64,000 bases of DNA from Eledone cirrhosa (GCA_964016885.1 OZ024740.1:407960001-408024000), one strand, 5' to 3'. Positions 38,668 through 53,248 are shown, counted from the stretch's first letter. The notes: a model not told the origin generated them from the letters alone. Numbers and translations: made by a program.

Positions 38668-41600
38668 ATATACCTCCAAGCAATCAATTTGTATGTTCTG
38701 AGATCCAGTTTTACTTAAGATGTTTCTACACTGACTACTATGTCCCGTTGATGAATTTTTAGGTATGAACAGAATTAGGTAAGAAACCAATGTAAGGTGG
38801 TTGTGTAGGGAAATTATTTGAATAAATTATACAATCAAATGGAAGAATAGAGAAGGTCAAAAAATATCTATTGATTTAATGAAACATGAAAAATGCATAA
38901 TTTTCCTTGAACTGTGTCTCTGGTTAACTACTTTAAGCAACTAAATATAACTTGAATTAAATATTTATATAAAGTTTTATAACTTTTTTCTACAAGCAAA
39001 GTGTGTTCTCATATTAGTAACATTGGAAAATTTCAAGTGATGAAAGTATAAGCATTAAATTGAGGTTGTTGATCTTTAGTTAAATAGATATATTCTATTT
39101 GAAAAGACAATTGAGAACCAGATTTGATGCTTTTCTGTAACCATTTTAGTGCTTTCTGCTTCTGAGTTCAAATGTTATTTTGGTCAACCTTACCTTAAAT
39201 TCTTCTCAAGTCTAGAAAATAATAACCACTAATACAATGAATTGATTCATTCCTCTCTCCTATAAAATATAAATCTTTGGAAAGTTTTAATTAGACAGGC
39301 AGGTTTTTTTTATATACAGGGCAGGCCATAACTAGATTACTACTAATTACAAAAAACACAATAATGGCATGCTTGCAAACAAGCAGCATGTTGAACATTT
39401 AATGTAACTATATAAACTTACATGAATTATCTATCTATACCTTTTGGAATAAAGTTTATCTCTAAGCTTTCTATTTTATTCACATTTCTTAACAGTAAGG
39501 TAATTATGGCTCATCTGTATTTGATTTTCTAATGGTCACTTGTTTAAGAATTCAGTAGATAAAATTAGTTTATCTTACAAATTATACATTTTTCTTTCAT
39601 CACTATCATCAGTTTTACATCTATTTTTCCAAGCTAGCATGGTTGTGTTAATAGTTTCTTGATTTAATTATTCTTTAGATACTGAAACATTAATATACTG
39701 AAACATGACACAAAAATGATATGAATTCTTCTGATTTGAATTGGGAATTAAGACTCAAAGACAAAATCCTCTATGAAATCATCATTATTATTAATATTTA
39801 TATTTTTTTTATTTTCTCCACTCCCCTCTCACTATTATCATTTTCACTGAACTCATCACTCATCATTCTCAGTGGCAAACAAATGTACTAAGATGTCAAT
39901 TTAGTCCTAGGAGATCTATCTAATTTAAAATATCATAAACAGATTAAAACAACTGAGCTCCTAGATCTTTAGAACATTTCGGGCCCCCAGCAAGAACTCA
40001 CAAGAAATTTAATGACAATTAAATGTACAAGATGTAGGCCTACATATAACCCCAGAGAATAGTGAGAGAAGTTATCCTCAGGTCAGAGATCTGACCCGAA
40101 TGCTTGCAAAAATTGAACTCCACAGATCAAGGCATGGTTTTGAAGCAGGCATTGATGTTACCTACTTATATCTAGAGGTTATTAGAGAGTTAAGTATCTT
40201 GGCAATAGACATACCTCAGTAAAAGGATACAAACCATTAAGTGATTTTTCAACATGCAAGCCAACATGTTAATAACTACTTCAGGAGACAAGATTTTATT
40301 TTAATTATATTTCATGTTCAGTGAAAAGTTAAAATATTTGTTGATGCTGGAAAGCCTCATTCAGCACTAGATAAGTACTATGATCAAAAGTACTCCATCT
40401 ATAACTTTACTATTTTTATATCATACACCTAAGACTACATTATCAAAAATCTCCTTTATTTAAAGACAGTAGGGTGTGCTTTAAGGACATTTTGTTACTA
40501 TTTATAGCAGATTGAGCAGCCACATAGAAGCCCTTTCACATTTGAAATAATTTTTATGTTCCTTTGTAATCTGATTATAATTTATAATCATTTACTCTTG
40601 TTTCAAATGAACTGCTAAATATATCCTTATATGTCTCATCTACCATGAGCTAAGTTAATCTGAGAAAACTGGTTATGGTTTGTGTTGTCAACAATTAATC
40701 TATATAAGGCTTTATGGAAAGTTTTGATAAGGTCAGTTTTTGTAATAAGTGAAGTATCTCACATTTGAGGTTCTTGTCTTTTGTCTGAGAGAGAAGTAGA
40801 CAGAGAAAATGTTGTCATTTTGACTGGTGCACACCTCATTCAATTGAATTTATCAAACTCTTCTATTGACTCTTCTATAATTTGCCATGGTGCCTGATTG
40901 TATCTCTAGGTATATTTTCTTATTAAATAAAGAATTTTAAATAGATTATTGCATATTTTTACAACATGGCCATATTTTTCAATAACATGGATATTTGCTA
41001 AACAGAAGTTTAGCAAATATGTACTTTGCTGAAACACCATGGCCAGGTTGCATAGATCTAATGCATAAATCTAATTATATAATATTCTGTTTTCTGTTTC
41101 AGCATTGACATTTTTTCTGTTTGTGGGCTATTACAATTACCAGACCAGGATCATACAACAAATCTTGTTTTATAAGTATCAGAAAAATAACAAGAATTAC
41201 TGAACCCTGCAGTTTATATGCATTATTAAGTAAATATAACCAATATAACCATAGATACTGTTTATTTTATATTAATATATATAGAAAGAGATTTAGCTGG
41301 ATATATATTTAGATAAAACTGTATTATATCTAGTCTTTAATAATTGGCTAATATGATTACATATACATAAAGTTTTTCTGTTTGCAGTGGAACTTAGGTT
41401 TGTTAAACAGTTTTGATGACTTTGGATATATAAAAAATAGTTAATAATCCAGTATTGAATTTAGTTTTTCTGAGGCAATCTGCATAGCAACTACTTTTGT
41501 GTGTATATAAATGTGTGTTGTTCTGAATCAAGCATCAAGCTAAGTATATCTTTCAGTATATACCAGCAATATTTAGAGAAGATAAATATTTTTAGTGGTA

Positions 41601-42489
41601 AGTCTGACACAGATTTGACTTTTTGGTCAAACCAGTTCACTTAACTTTTTGTACTTGTGATTTGTGGTCAAATCCATTACCTAGTTGAATACCAGCACTA
41701 CAGTGCCCTATGACTCTATCAGCAATTAAGGGCTCCATGAATCATTTATTGAATATGATTCTTCACATGGGGGGTCAACCACATGTTTTTGATTTCTATT
41801 TCTAGCTCATGCAAAATTGAATTAATTGTTGCTACTCATACTCTGTTACACAAATACATCATGTATATTATAGTAGAAAAATGCCAGTGACTTTGAGGTG
41901 TCAGCTTTATCTGTCCATATATACATTGTTTTTATTGGTGTTATGATAAGTACCAAGTCCAACTTATAAAGCTGTAGTAGTAGTACCACAAAAAAAAAAG
42001 CTCCCAATAATTACTCTATTATGGTTGGTGTTAAGAAGAGTTTTCTCCGTAGAAAAACCAAGTAGTCAAAAACGGATCTACATGAGTAAGACATGTTCAC
42101 CTGACCTGGCTTGCCTCATAACATGACAATACATTCAACTTATGCAAGTATGGAAAATAGACATCAAACAGTGATGATTATGATGCAAGCAAAGACACCG
42201 AAAGAAAAAGATGGAATACATGCATACACATATATACATGTATGAGTGTGTGCATCATTATCGTCATTCAAATCATTTTGAAATGCTTTTCAGTGAAACA
42301 TATTGAACTTAGAATACAAATAAATGCCAAAACTGAAGAAGTGATTAAAGAGAGTGATTTCTTCTTAAGGGTTACATGAATTTTGATTTATTTGTATCTA
42401 TAATGTTTAAGTTGAGTTGAAGTGAGAATTTATGGTAACATTCTTTATTTTTATATCTCAAGACATCTTATGCCTGAGGTTAGACATAA

Positions 42490-42526
<37 letters not shown>

Positions 42527-42529
<3 letters not shown>

Positions 42530-44587
42530 TGGTGGAACAGTAAGGTGGAGGAGTCAATTAAGGCCAAAAAGCAGGCTTGGAAAGTATGGCGGGATGGGGG
42601 AAGTAGAGAACACTATCAAGTGGCCAGGAGGGAAGCTAGGAGACAAGTGTACTTCGCAAGAAGGGAAGCAGAGGAAAGAAAGTTCAAGCATGTTCTACAA
42701 CGTGAGGACCAAAAACGTGAGGTGTTCAGGATTGCTAGGCAATGTGTCAAGGAAAACCGTGATATTGTCGGGGAGAAGTGTGTACTTAATGATGATGGCA
42801 TACTTGCCATCACTGACGCTGATAAGAAGGTAGCTTGGAAGTGTCACTACGAAAGGCTTCTAAATGAGGAGAACAAATGGGAGAAAGACAGTCTCCCCCA
42901 CATCGACCCTATAGAGGGACCAGCAGTGTTAGTCGAAGGTAGTATAATAAGTAAGGCAATCAAAGATATGAAGACGGGTAAGGCAGCTGGGCCTTCGGAA
43001 ATAGTTGCTGAGATGCTGAAAGCTTCTGGCACGGTGGGACACGCCATGGTCACCCGCTTAGTTAACCAAGTCATACAGAATGGGGTTGTTCCGAAGGACT
43101 GGCATAGCAGCATCATCATTAACTGCTACAAGGGTAAAGGAGATGCCCTAGATAGGTGTAACTATAGAGGCATTAAATTAATCGACCAAGTCATGAAGGT
43201 CACGGAAAAAGTAATAGCGCAACTAATCAGAGAGAGAATTGATCTAGATGAAATGCAGTTCGGGTTTGTGTCAGGCAAAAGTACCACAGACGCTCTTTTC
43301 ATTGTACGACAACTACAGGAGAAGTACCTAGCTAAAAGTAAACCCCTATACTTAGCTTTTGTCGACTTGGAGAAAGCCTTCGACAGAGTCCCCCGTTCCA
43401 TTATCTGGTGGGCTCTTAGAAAACTAGGTGTTGACGAATGGCTTGTGAGAGCTATACAAGCCATGTATAAAGAAACAGTCAGCAAGGTTAGAATTAACAA
43501 CGAATATAGTGAAGAGTTTAGCGTAAAAGTTGGTGTCCACCAGGGCTCTGTTCTTAGCCCCCTACTATTTATTATTGCCCTTCAGGCTATAACAGAGGAG
43601 TTCAAGACCGGCTGCCCATGGGAACTCCTATACGCAGATGATCTAACGCTCATAGCTGAATCAATAACCGAACTAGAGAAGAAATTCCAAACATGGAAGC
43701 ACGGCCTAGAATCAAAAGGCCTTAAAATTAACCTGGCTAAGACTAAAGTTCTAGTTTGTAGGAAAGAAAATAAGGCGGCGGTCCCTTCCGGGAAATGGCC
43801 ATGCTCAGTGTGTAGGAAAGGTGTAGGTAGAAACTCCATTTTATGTCCCAAATGCAAAGTATGGGTGCATAAAAGATGTAGTGGGATCACAGGTAAGCTA
43901 ACTAAGAACATAGATTTTACATGTGGCCGGTGCTCTGGTGCAATAAGTAGCAGCAAGTGCCCACAAAATACTAGCTCTTTCAATTGCGCAGAGGGTTCTA
44001 TAGAAATAGTGGACAGCTTCCGTTACCTGGGTGACAAAATCAGCAGTGGGGGAGGGTGCTCTGAAAGTACAGTAGCTAGAGTCAGAACTGGATGGAAAAA
44101 GTTCAGAGAGCTTATACCACTATTAGCCGCTAGAGGGTTCTCCCTAAAAATGAAAGGCAGGTTATACGATGCCTGCATACGAACAGCAATGCTGCATGGC
44201 AGTGAGACCTGGGCATTGTGTGCAGAGGATATACGCAGACTAGAGAGGAACGAAGCTTGCATGCTCCGCTGGATGTGCAATAGTAATATACGTGAACGGC
44301 TAAGCATAAACGAACTAAGGAAAAAATTAGAAATAAGAGGGATCAGATGTTGTTTACTCGAGAGAAGGCTACGTTGGTACGGTCACGTGATGCGCATGAA
44401 AGACGACAGCTGTATAACAAAGTGCAGGGCAATAAAGATAGACGGTAGCCACGGAGTAGGCAGACCCAGAAAAACCTGGGACGACATGATAAATTCCGAC
44501 CTCACACACTTACACCTCTCCAAGACAATGTCACTGGACCGAGACCTTTGGCGGTACTCAGTAATAGAGAAGACCCGCCTTACCTAA
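42527..44587 (+). CDS. RTE-clade LINE ORF (5'-truncated): reverse transcriptase with C4HC3 PHD-finger insert
   Basis: About 686 uninterrupted codons starting at WWWNS right after (TA)n; motifs YKGKGD, NYRGIKL, QFGF, FVDLEKAFD, GVHQGSVLSP, LYADD, FRYLG, LRWYGHV, GRPRKTW. The APE domain is absent (truncated). Confidence 0.95.
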
Positions 44588-44972
44588 ATACAAAGTAAAA
44601 ACCTACTAGTCAGTAGGCATCTCTATCAAAACACACCCCGTCCCACCACCCCCACCCCATCCACACCACCCCTTTCAATGTAAAGTTATGTTGGTGCCAC
44701 AACATCCAGGCCGAAACAAATGAGATCGTGTAGGGGTCACGACAAAAAAACACACAGTCCACGCTGTAAATGTGGCCGTGTAGGCAACACAGTAAAAACC
44801 TCCCAGCCCCACACTGTAAATATGGTTGGTGTTAGGAAGGGCATCCAGCTGTAGAAAACCCGCCAGACAGTCCTATGCGAGCAAGACAACCACTCTTGCC
44901 TCAAGTGGGAAAACCCCCGTCCAAACCCATGCAAGCGTGGAACACGGACGCTAAACCTTGATGATGATGATA
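42527..44972 (+). mobile_element. RTE LINE insertion between two (TA)n runs, ending in (GAT)n
   Basis: ORF, ~380-nt 3' UTR and gatgatgatgat tail; flanked by TA repeats on both sides. Confidence 0.93.
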
Positions 44973-45256
44973 TATATATATATATATATACATATATATA
45001 CACAGTTCAAGAGTAACCAATCTTAAAGAGAGAGATGGAGATAGAAGAGGAGAAGAGAGATTGGTGAATTAGTTAGAAGCCAAAGCGTAAAGGCATGTGC
45101 TCACTGTGCAATATGCAGTGGAAGGCAGCTAGATGGCTGGGGTCATGCAGAGGTTAGGTGGACAGAGCTGGAAATATTCATTAGATAAGCAAAACAAGAC
45201 CCCAAATTTCATAAAGAAGACATTAATTAAAAGATTGTCAACATATTTTAGTTTGA

Positions 45257-45497
<241 letters not shown>

Positions 45498-46073
45498 AAA
45501 AAAAATTCCCATAAAAAAAAAACTCCCTTAATTTAAGGAGCAATTTATTCAGTTGCTGCAGACATAGATTGAACTCAACGTTTAAATAGAAATATAAATT
45601 TAAAATGTAGTATATTTAGTTAAGATATTTAATTAATTATGAAACCTGACGATAAATCTTTCGACTCCTTCAACTTTTTCTTTTAAACCTTCTTCATAAA
45701 TATATACTAATGATGTAATTAAACTACCCTAAAATGTTGATGCTCCCAATTTATTGAATAAATTTTACGCTAGATAAACTTCTATACTAAATATAAGAGC
45801 ATCTGTAGAACAACAGGGTCTCCTAAATCTTTTAAATGATTTCTGCTAAATAAGTTTTGTTGAATAATTTTTGGTTTTTTGTTTGCTTTTTGATTCTGAT
45901 TGCTTCTAATGAACTTGGCAATATATTGTCAGATAAATTGGAAGGGTAGATTTCTGTGGTTGATATAATAATAATAATGAAATTATTGTGTAAAGTGCTC
46001 AGGTGCACTACAACTCGTCAATATAGTACATAGAATAATACACAAATGCCAGGGAAGTACATGTTTGTATGTG

Positions 46074-48911
46074 TTAGCTGTAGTGTTGGCGGATCTCGGG
46101 AAGCATGGAGGCCTTAAAGGATGCAGTGTCTCGACAGCTAACAACTGATGCAGGTAGTTTGTTCCATGCTTCAGCAACTCTGAGCGTGAAAAAATGTTTC
46201 CGAAAGTCATGGGAACTGTGCTGTTTTCTTACTTTGTGGGCATGTCCACGTGTGTTAGACACATGGAAATCGAAAAGGCACTCAGGGTTGTTGTTGGCAA
46301 CATGGTTAACAATTTTGTGGGTGTTTACCAAGTCAGTTGCCAGGCGTCGGAGCTTCAATGAATCCATGCCCAGGGAAGCAAGGCACTCAGAGTATGGTAG
46401 ATGCCTGATGGAGGGTATTCGCTTGGTTGCACGTCTCTGAACAGTTTCCAGGCGGTCAATGTCCTGAGCAAGATAGGGGTTCCAGACTGGTGATGCAAAT
46501 TCTAAGTGTGGTCGCACCATAGCTGTATACAGCCTTAAATAGATATCTGGAGAGCGGCTGACAAAGGTCTTGCTGAGTGATGCTAAGACACCCTCGGCCC
46601 TCTTGACAATTTTAGAGACGTACCTCGTCCAACGCAAATCGCTGCTGACCGTAATGCCCAGGTCACGTTCACAAGAAGACTTCTTGATATTAGTGCTGTG
46701 GAGGGAGTATATGGACGCTGGGTTTTTACTCCCAAAATGCATGGTGGTGCACTTGTCCACAGCTAGCTTGAGTTGCCAGTCTGAGATCCACTGTTGCATT
46801 GTGTCCAGGTCAGACTGCAAGCAAGATCTATAGTGTTCAGGACCTGTCCTTTTTATCTCAAGGTACAGCTTGATGTCGTCTGCGTACTTTAGTACTGTGG
46901 CATTCCTTAAGTTGGCATCTATGTCATTAATATATGCCACAAACAAAAGGGGGCCAAGAACAGATCCCTGAGGTACACCAGATGACATCTCATATGGTGA
47001 GGAATGCTGTCCCAGAACCGTGACTACCTCTCTTCGACTGAGAATGAAGGACTTCAACCAGTTAAAAAGATCATCCTTCACACCCATTGCAGAGAGTTTT
47101 GCCATAAGCCTTTGGTGTGGCACAGAATTGAAGGCCTTCGCAAAGTCAAGGTAAACAACATCCACCCATGAGCCGCCATCAGTGATCCGGGTGATGTCCT
47201 CAAGAAACTCTATAAGTTGATCACAGCAGCTGGAGTTGGGGATAAATCCAAATTGCGAGGGCCGGATAAGACTGTGAGAGCTCCAGAAGTTCCAAAGTGT
47301 TTCTCTGACACAGGATTCCATCAGTTTGGCGATGCAACTAGTAAGACTGACTGGACGATAGTTCACAGGTGATGTGCGGTCACCCTTTTTGAACAGAGGA
47401 ATGACACTGGCAGTTTTCCACTGTTCTGGAGTAGCACTGTTGTTCAGACAGAATTGGAAGAAGCGTGATAACTGGTGTAGAAGAAAGTACCCACCACGTT
47501 TAAGAAGCAGGTACGTAACACCATCAAGACCAGGAGAGGCATGGTTGCATTTATCTTTTAGGTGACGTCGCAGCATTGCAGGTGTAAATTCCATGGTTGT
47601 AATAGAGTCCGGTGTCATAGGTGGTGGAGATGGTACACTCTGGTCTTCAATGGTGAAAATGCCTGCATAGCATTCAGCAATGAGCTCTGCGCATTCCTTG
47701 GGGTCGTCAGTAACCTGGCTTGTGTGGGGATTGCGAAGAGGACCAACTGGAGAGTGAGGCCTCTGCTTTGAGTGAACATACTTCCAGAACACCTTACTGT
47801 CAGGGCTGGTTGCTATGCGCTGCTCAAATTGAAGCACTGCCTTTTTTGTCACCTGTTTGAGGTGGTTGGACGATCTATTTCGCCTCTTCCTATTAATGTC
47901 TGATTTGTGAAGTTTGTACTCACGTTCAGCATTGCGCCGTTCTTTTCTGGCAAGACGGACTGCTGCAGTCTCCCAAATTGCGCTTTTAGGATGTTTTTTC
48001 CGCTTACGTGGCACCGATGCTGCACATGCTGTCCATATTGAGCTCAGGATGTTCTGGAGTACAGTGTTGACATCTCCAGAGTCATAGAACTCAAGCCAGT
48101 TTGGCCGTTGCAACTCGGTGCAGTAACAGTTCCAGTCTGCTTTATTCCAGTCAAAGTGAGCAGTTTGGAAATGGTTGTGGTTCTTGTTACTGCCCATGAG
48201 GGATAGATTGGCAATGATCATAGCATGATCAGAGTCACCTAAAGGTTCCTCAGCAGTAACACTAATGACCGTTTCAGGAGTAGTGGTGAAGAGTAGGTCC
48301 AAAGTGTTGTCACTTCTCGTTGGGGAGGTGACCACCTGGGACCAACTCGAGTCCAGCACCAGCTCAAGGAAGTCATCTGCACTTGGCGGCCAACGAAAGG
48401 TCTCCCAGTCAATCTCAGGGTGATTGAAGTCACCTGCAATGAAAACATAAGTGGCTGTCTTCCTGGCAGCAGCTCTGAGGATATCACAAAGTTGAGTGTC
48501 CTGATGGTAATTTGGGGGACGGTAAACGACTCCAAGTAGCAGTGTTGACATGGTCATATGTATATCGCAGAAAAAAACTTCCTGCTGTGATTGGTTCAAA
48601 TCAGCACAAGGAATTGCCGACAGATTTGACCGAACGTAGACCATTACACCACCACCACGACGATTAATACGGTCTTTACGAAACAGGTTGTAGCCAGTCA
48701 TGCTGAAAACCCCATCACAGAGTAAGGGATGTGCCCAAGTTTCCGTGACTGTAATGAAGTCCGGGTTGATACTTTTGACGTAGGAGTCAAAAAGATGAAT
48801 CTTATTGCATAGACTACGTGCATTCAAGGACAACAGTTTGTACTTTGATTCCAGTCTATGATTATGTGCAGGGGATGGCAGGTTGTTCTGATTTAGTTTC
48901 CCAGAGTTTTT
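46074..48911 (-). CDS. CR1-type ORF2: apurinic endonuclease plus reverse transcriptase
   Basis: APE motifs LNARSL, VTETW, GGGV, YRPP, GDFN, LDL, SDH; RT motifs NYRPVSLTS, QFGF, YLDFAKAF, GVPQGSVLGPLLF, YADD, ERDLG, RPHLEF. The frame is open from 48911 with no ATG before the APE motifs. Confidence 0.95.
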   Translation of the reverse strand, partial: KNSGKLNQNNLPSPAHNHRLESKYKLLSLNARSLCNKIHLFDSYVKSINPDFITVTETWAHPLLCDGVFSMTGYNLFRKDRINRRGGGVMVYVRSNLSAIPCADLNQSQQEVFFCDIHMTMSTLLLGVVYRPPNYHQDTQLCDILRAAARKTATYVFIAGDFNHPEIDWETFRWPPSADDFLELVLDSSWSQVVTSPTRSDNTLDLLFTTTPETVISVTAEEPLGDSDHAMIIANLSLMGSNKNHNHFQTAHFDWNKADWNCYCTELQRPNWLEFYDSGDVNTVLQNILSSIWTACAASVPRKRKKHPKSAIWETAAVRLARKERRNAEREYKLHKSDINRKRRNRSSNHLKQVTKKAVLQFEQRIATSPDSKVFWKYVHSKQRPHSPVGPLRNPHTSQVTDDPKECAELIAECYAGIFTIEDQSVPSPPPMTPDSITTMEFTPAMLRRHLKDKCNHASPGLDGVTYLLLKRGGYFLLHQLSRFFQFCLNNSATPEQWKTASVIPLFKKGDRTSPVNYRPVSLTSCIAKLMESCVRETLWNFWSSHSLIRPSQFGFIPNSSCCDQLIEFLEDITRITDGGSWVDVVYLDFAKAFNSVPHQRLMAKLSAMGVKDDLFNWLKSFILSRREVVTVLGQHSSPYEMSSGVPQGSVLGPLLFVAYINDIDANLRNATVLKYADDIKLYLEIKRTGPEHYRSCLQSDLDTMQQWISDWQLKLAVDKCTTMHFGSKNPASIYSLHSTNIKKSSCERDLGITVSSDLRWTRYVSKIVKRAEGVLASLSKTFVSRSPDIYLRLYTAMVRPHLEFASPVWNPYLAQDIDRLETVQRRATKRIPSIRHLPYSECLASLGMDSLKLRRLATDLVNTHKIVNHVANNNPECLFDFHVSNTRGHAHKVRKQHSSHDFRKHFFTLRVAEAWNKLPASVVSCRDTASFKASMLPEIRQHYS

Positions 48912-49186
48912 TCAGTTTCTTTATTGTCAGTTGTTGTGGGTACACTGTTTTCAGACCAGCTGGTGTCTCTTTTCCATGATTCGCCAGCCTTAACAAACTT
49001 CCATATCTGCCCATCATCACGTAGGCTGAAGCTTTCATGTTCTGCCGAGCTGCGGTTTAGGGAAGCTGCAGCACGTAACTTTGGGCGGACATCAGGTGGA
49101 AGACCAGGACGTGTTCGGAAAGCAATCCGACTTTCACGCCTAGCTTTATGGGGGGCATACTGTGTTTTTTTATGGCCCGAGATACT
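48893..49186 (-). CDS. C-terminal remnant of CR1 ORF1 (97 codons, ends ...KTLGN*)
   Basis: Manual translation is stop-free from SISGHKK to TLGN*; overlaps ORF2 by 19 nt in the -1 relationship. Confidence 0.7.
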   Translation of the reverse strand, partial: SISGHKKTQYAPHKARRESRIAFRTRPGLPPDVRPKLRAAASLNRSSAEHESFSLRDDGQIWKFVKAGESWKRDTSWSENSVPTTTDNKETEKTLGN

Positions 49187-49505
49187 CTAGGGAGTGATGA
49201 AAATATTCTTAACGTTTTGATATCTCTGTGCTGATATATTAATATCTGTTGTCTCTGTACAAAGGCCATATGTATTAATATGAATATGGAATGATTACAG
49301 AGTATATTCTATTTTATCTGTTTATTTTATCTGTCCATGTACATATATGTGCGCACGCATATATATATATATGTTTGTGTGGCTATAGTTCTGGATATGT
49401 TACAGATATGCATAATATTCTATACATGAACGATAATCATGTATGTGAGGGCAGGAATATTAATATATATTTTTATGTATATATATGTATGTATATATAT
49501 ATATA

Positions 49506-50636
<1,131 letters not shown>

Positions 50637-50746
50637 GTAGGAGGTGAGTTTTATTGTAGTACAATAAAGCAATGCAGATATGTTGATATGTTGATTTAAA
50701 ACTGCACTATCCACAAGTTGTTTTTAGCCTTCATATCATGTTCTCC

Positions 50747-50817
50747 TGTTTTATCTGATGAAAACACAAATATTATTGCTTGATGATGTTTGTTTTTGAA
50801 ATGCGCATAATAAAATA
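50747..50817 (+). ncRNA. type I hammerhead ribozyme
   Basis: Same fold as 35403-35473. Confidence 0.85.
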
Positions 50818-50847
50818 TATGGAACTCCTTTAACCATCTTTTGATCT

Positions 50848-50896
<49 letters not shown>

Positions 50897-51006
50897 GTAG
50901 GAGGTGAGTTTTATTGTAGTACAATAAAGCAATGCAGATATGTTGATATGTTGATTTAAAACTGCACTATCCACAAGTGTTTTTTAGCCTTCATATCATG
51001 TTCTCC

Positions 51007-51077
51007 TGTTTTATCTGATGAAAACACAAATATTATTGCTTTATGATGTTTGTTTTTGAAATGCGCATAATAAAATA
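51007..51077 (+). ncRNA. type I hammerhead ribozyme
   Basis: Same fold as 35403-35473; variation falls at the stem II apex. Confidence 0.85.
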
Positions 51078-51126
51078 TATGGAACTCCTTTAACCATCTT
51101 TTGATCTTATATTATATATATATATC

Positions 51127-51310
<184 letters not shown>

Positions 51311-51330
51311 TATACATATATATATATAAT

Positions 51331-51675
51331 GAAGGCACATGGCTTAGTGGTTAGAGCATTGGCCTTGCAATCGAAAGGTTGTGAGTTCAATTCTCAGACT
51401 GGGTGATGTGTTGTTTCCTTGAGCAAGACACTTTATTTCACATTGCTCCAGTTTACTCAGCTGTAGAAATGAGATGATAGGGACTAGGGTCCCTATCATT
51501 CCACGGCAAAGTGGTCGTGGAGGTGCCACGGCAAAAAAGCACCCAGCACTCACTGTAAATGAGGTTGGTGTTAGGAAGGGCATCCAGCTGTAGATATCAA
51601 GCCAGAATCAGTTGCCGTCCCACCCTTGCAAGCAGGGAAAAAGCGGACGTAAAATGAAATGATGATGATGATGAT
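51331..51675 (+). mobile_element. CORE-type SINE family B with RTE-derived tail
   Basis: Near-identical to 11685-12020; ends in (GAT)n. Confidence 0.88.
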
Positions 51676-51856
51676 ATATATATATATATTTATATATACA
51701 CACACATATACATATACATATATAAATATATATATAGATAGATAGATAGAGGCAGATATAGGCACATGGCTTAGTGGTTATAACATTAGCCTGTATGTAT
51801 ATATATATATGAGCCGCCAGTGTCCGCGCATTGCCTGGAGACTTAACTGAGAATAG

Positions 51857-51938
51857 ACTTCCTGATGACGCAATGAATTCTCGACAGTTGGATTACGTAA
51901 CTGTCTTTATCCCATTGCAGAAACTAATTAGTTGGAGT
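51857..51938 (+). ncRNA. type I hammerhead ribozyme, unit 1
   Basis: Stem I ACUUC/GGAGU; CUGAUGA; stem II GCAAUG/CAUUGC extended by GACAGUU/AACUGUC; GAAA; palindromic stem III ACUAAUUAGU; GUU triplet, cleavage after 51933. Confidence 0.85.
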
Positions 51939-52420
51939 GAAAATTTAAGTAAGAAAAAAATTTTTTTTTAATTTTTTTAAAAAAATATTTTCTTATTTTA
52001 CGTCCTTTATATTATTGTTCTGCATTCTCCTGCATTGAACCACCTAGGTACTATGACATAACCTGTGTATTTGCTGGCATGGGCGTGCATCTGTGCGCTT
52101 ATGTTAGTTGATATATTAAATTATCTATATTTATCTCCAAATCACTGATTTGTCGAGCAAACTTGTCAAAACCACTTCTAAAAAAGTTTTTTTTTTTTTT
52201 TGGGGTGTTAGTAGGCGTCAGTCATCTTACCATCCCATTCCTTCTAACTAGCCTCTGTGTCACGTGATTGATTCTTTAGAATCGGCCATTTGACTTGAAG
52301 CAGTGAGAATATCGGTACATAGAATCCAGTCCTCGCAAGCTGTTCGATCTACCGAATTATTATTATTTTTATATGAGCCGCCAGTGTCCGCGCATTGCCT
52401 GGAGACTTAACTGAGAATAG

Positions 52421-52502
52421 ACTTCCTGATGACGCAATGAATTCTCGACAGTTGGATTACGTAACTGTCTTTATCCCATTGCAGAAACTAATTAGTTGGA
52501 GT
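52421..52502 (+). ncRNA. type I hammerhead ribozyme, unit 2
   Basis: Identical to unit 1. Confidence 0.85.
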
Positions 52503-52979
52503 GAAAATTTAAGTAAGAAAAAAAATTTTTTTAAATTTTTTTAAAAAAATATTTTCTTATTTTACGTCCTTTATATTATTGTTCTGCATTCTCCTGCATT
52601 GAACCACCTAGGTACTATGACATAACCTGTGTATTTGCTGGCATGGGCGTGCATCTGTGCGCTTATGTTAGTTGATATATTAAATTATCTATATTTATCT
52701 CCAAATCACTGATTTGTCGAGCAAACTTGTCAAAACCACTTCTAAAAAAGTTTTTTTTTTGGGGTGTTAGTAGGCGTCAGTCATCTTACCATCCCATTCC
52801 TTCTAACTAGCCTCTGTGTCACGTGATTGATTCTTTAGAATCGGCCATTTGACTTGAAGCAGTGAGAATATCGGTACATAGAATCCAGTCCTCGCAAGCT
52901 GTTCGATCTACCGAATTATTATTATTTTTATATGAGCCGCCAGTGTCCGCGCATTGCCTGGAGACTTAACTGAGAATAG

Positions 52980-53061
52980 ACTTCCTGATGACGCAATGAA
53001 TTCTCGACAGTTGGATTACGTAACTGTCTTTATCCCATTGCAGAAACTAATTAGTTGGAGT
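52980..53061 (+). ncRNA. type I hammerhead ribozyme, unit 3
   Basis: Identical to unit 1. Confidence 0.85.
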
Positions 53062-53248
53062 GAAAATTTAAGTAAGAAAAAAATTTTTTTTAAATTTTTT
53101 TAAAAAAATATTTTCTTATTTTACGTCCTTTATATTATTGTTCTGCATTCTCCTGCATTGAACCACCTAGGTACTATGACATAACCTGTGTATTTGCTGG
53201 CATGGGCGTGCATCTGTGCGCTTATGTTAGTTGATATATTAAATTATC

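Larger units (their letters stand above)
45966..49186 (-). mobile_element. CR1-clade LINE, 5'-truncated within ORF1, with (ATT)n tail
   Basis: ORF1 remnant, complete ORF2, and a short 3' UTR ending aataatttcattattattatta. Confidence 0.93.

Noticed and set aside
42422-42526. N-terminal 35 aa of the 721-aa ORF call
   Set aside because: Flanking DNA and the TA run are read in frame by chance; LINE homology begins at 42527.
46105-47771. Plus-strand ORFs over the CR1 element (and minus-strand ORFs over the RTE)
   Set aside because: Antisense shadow frames of the real LINE ORFs.
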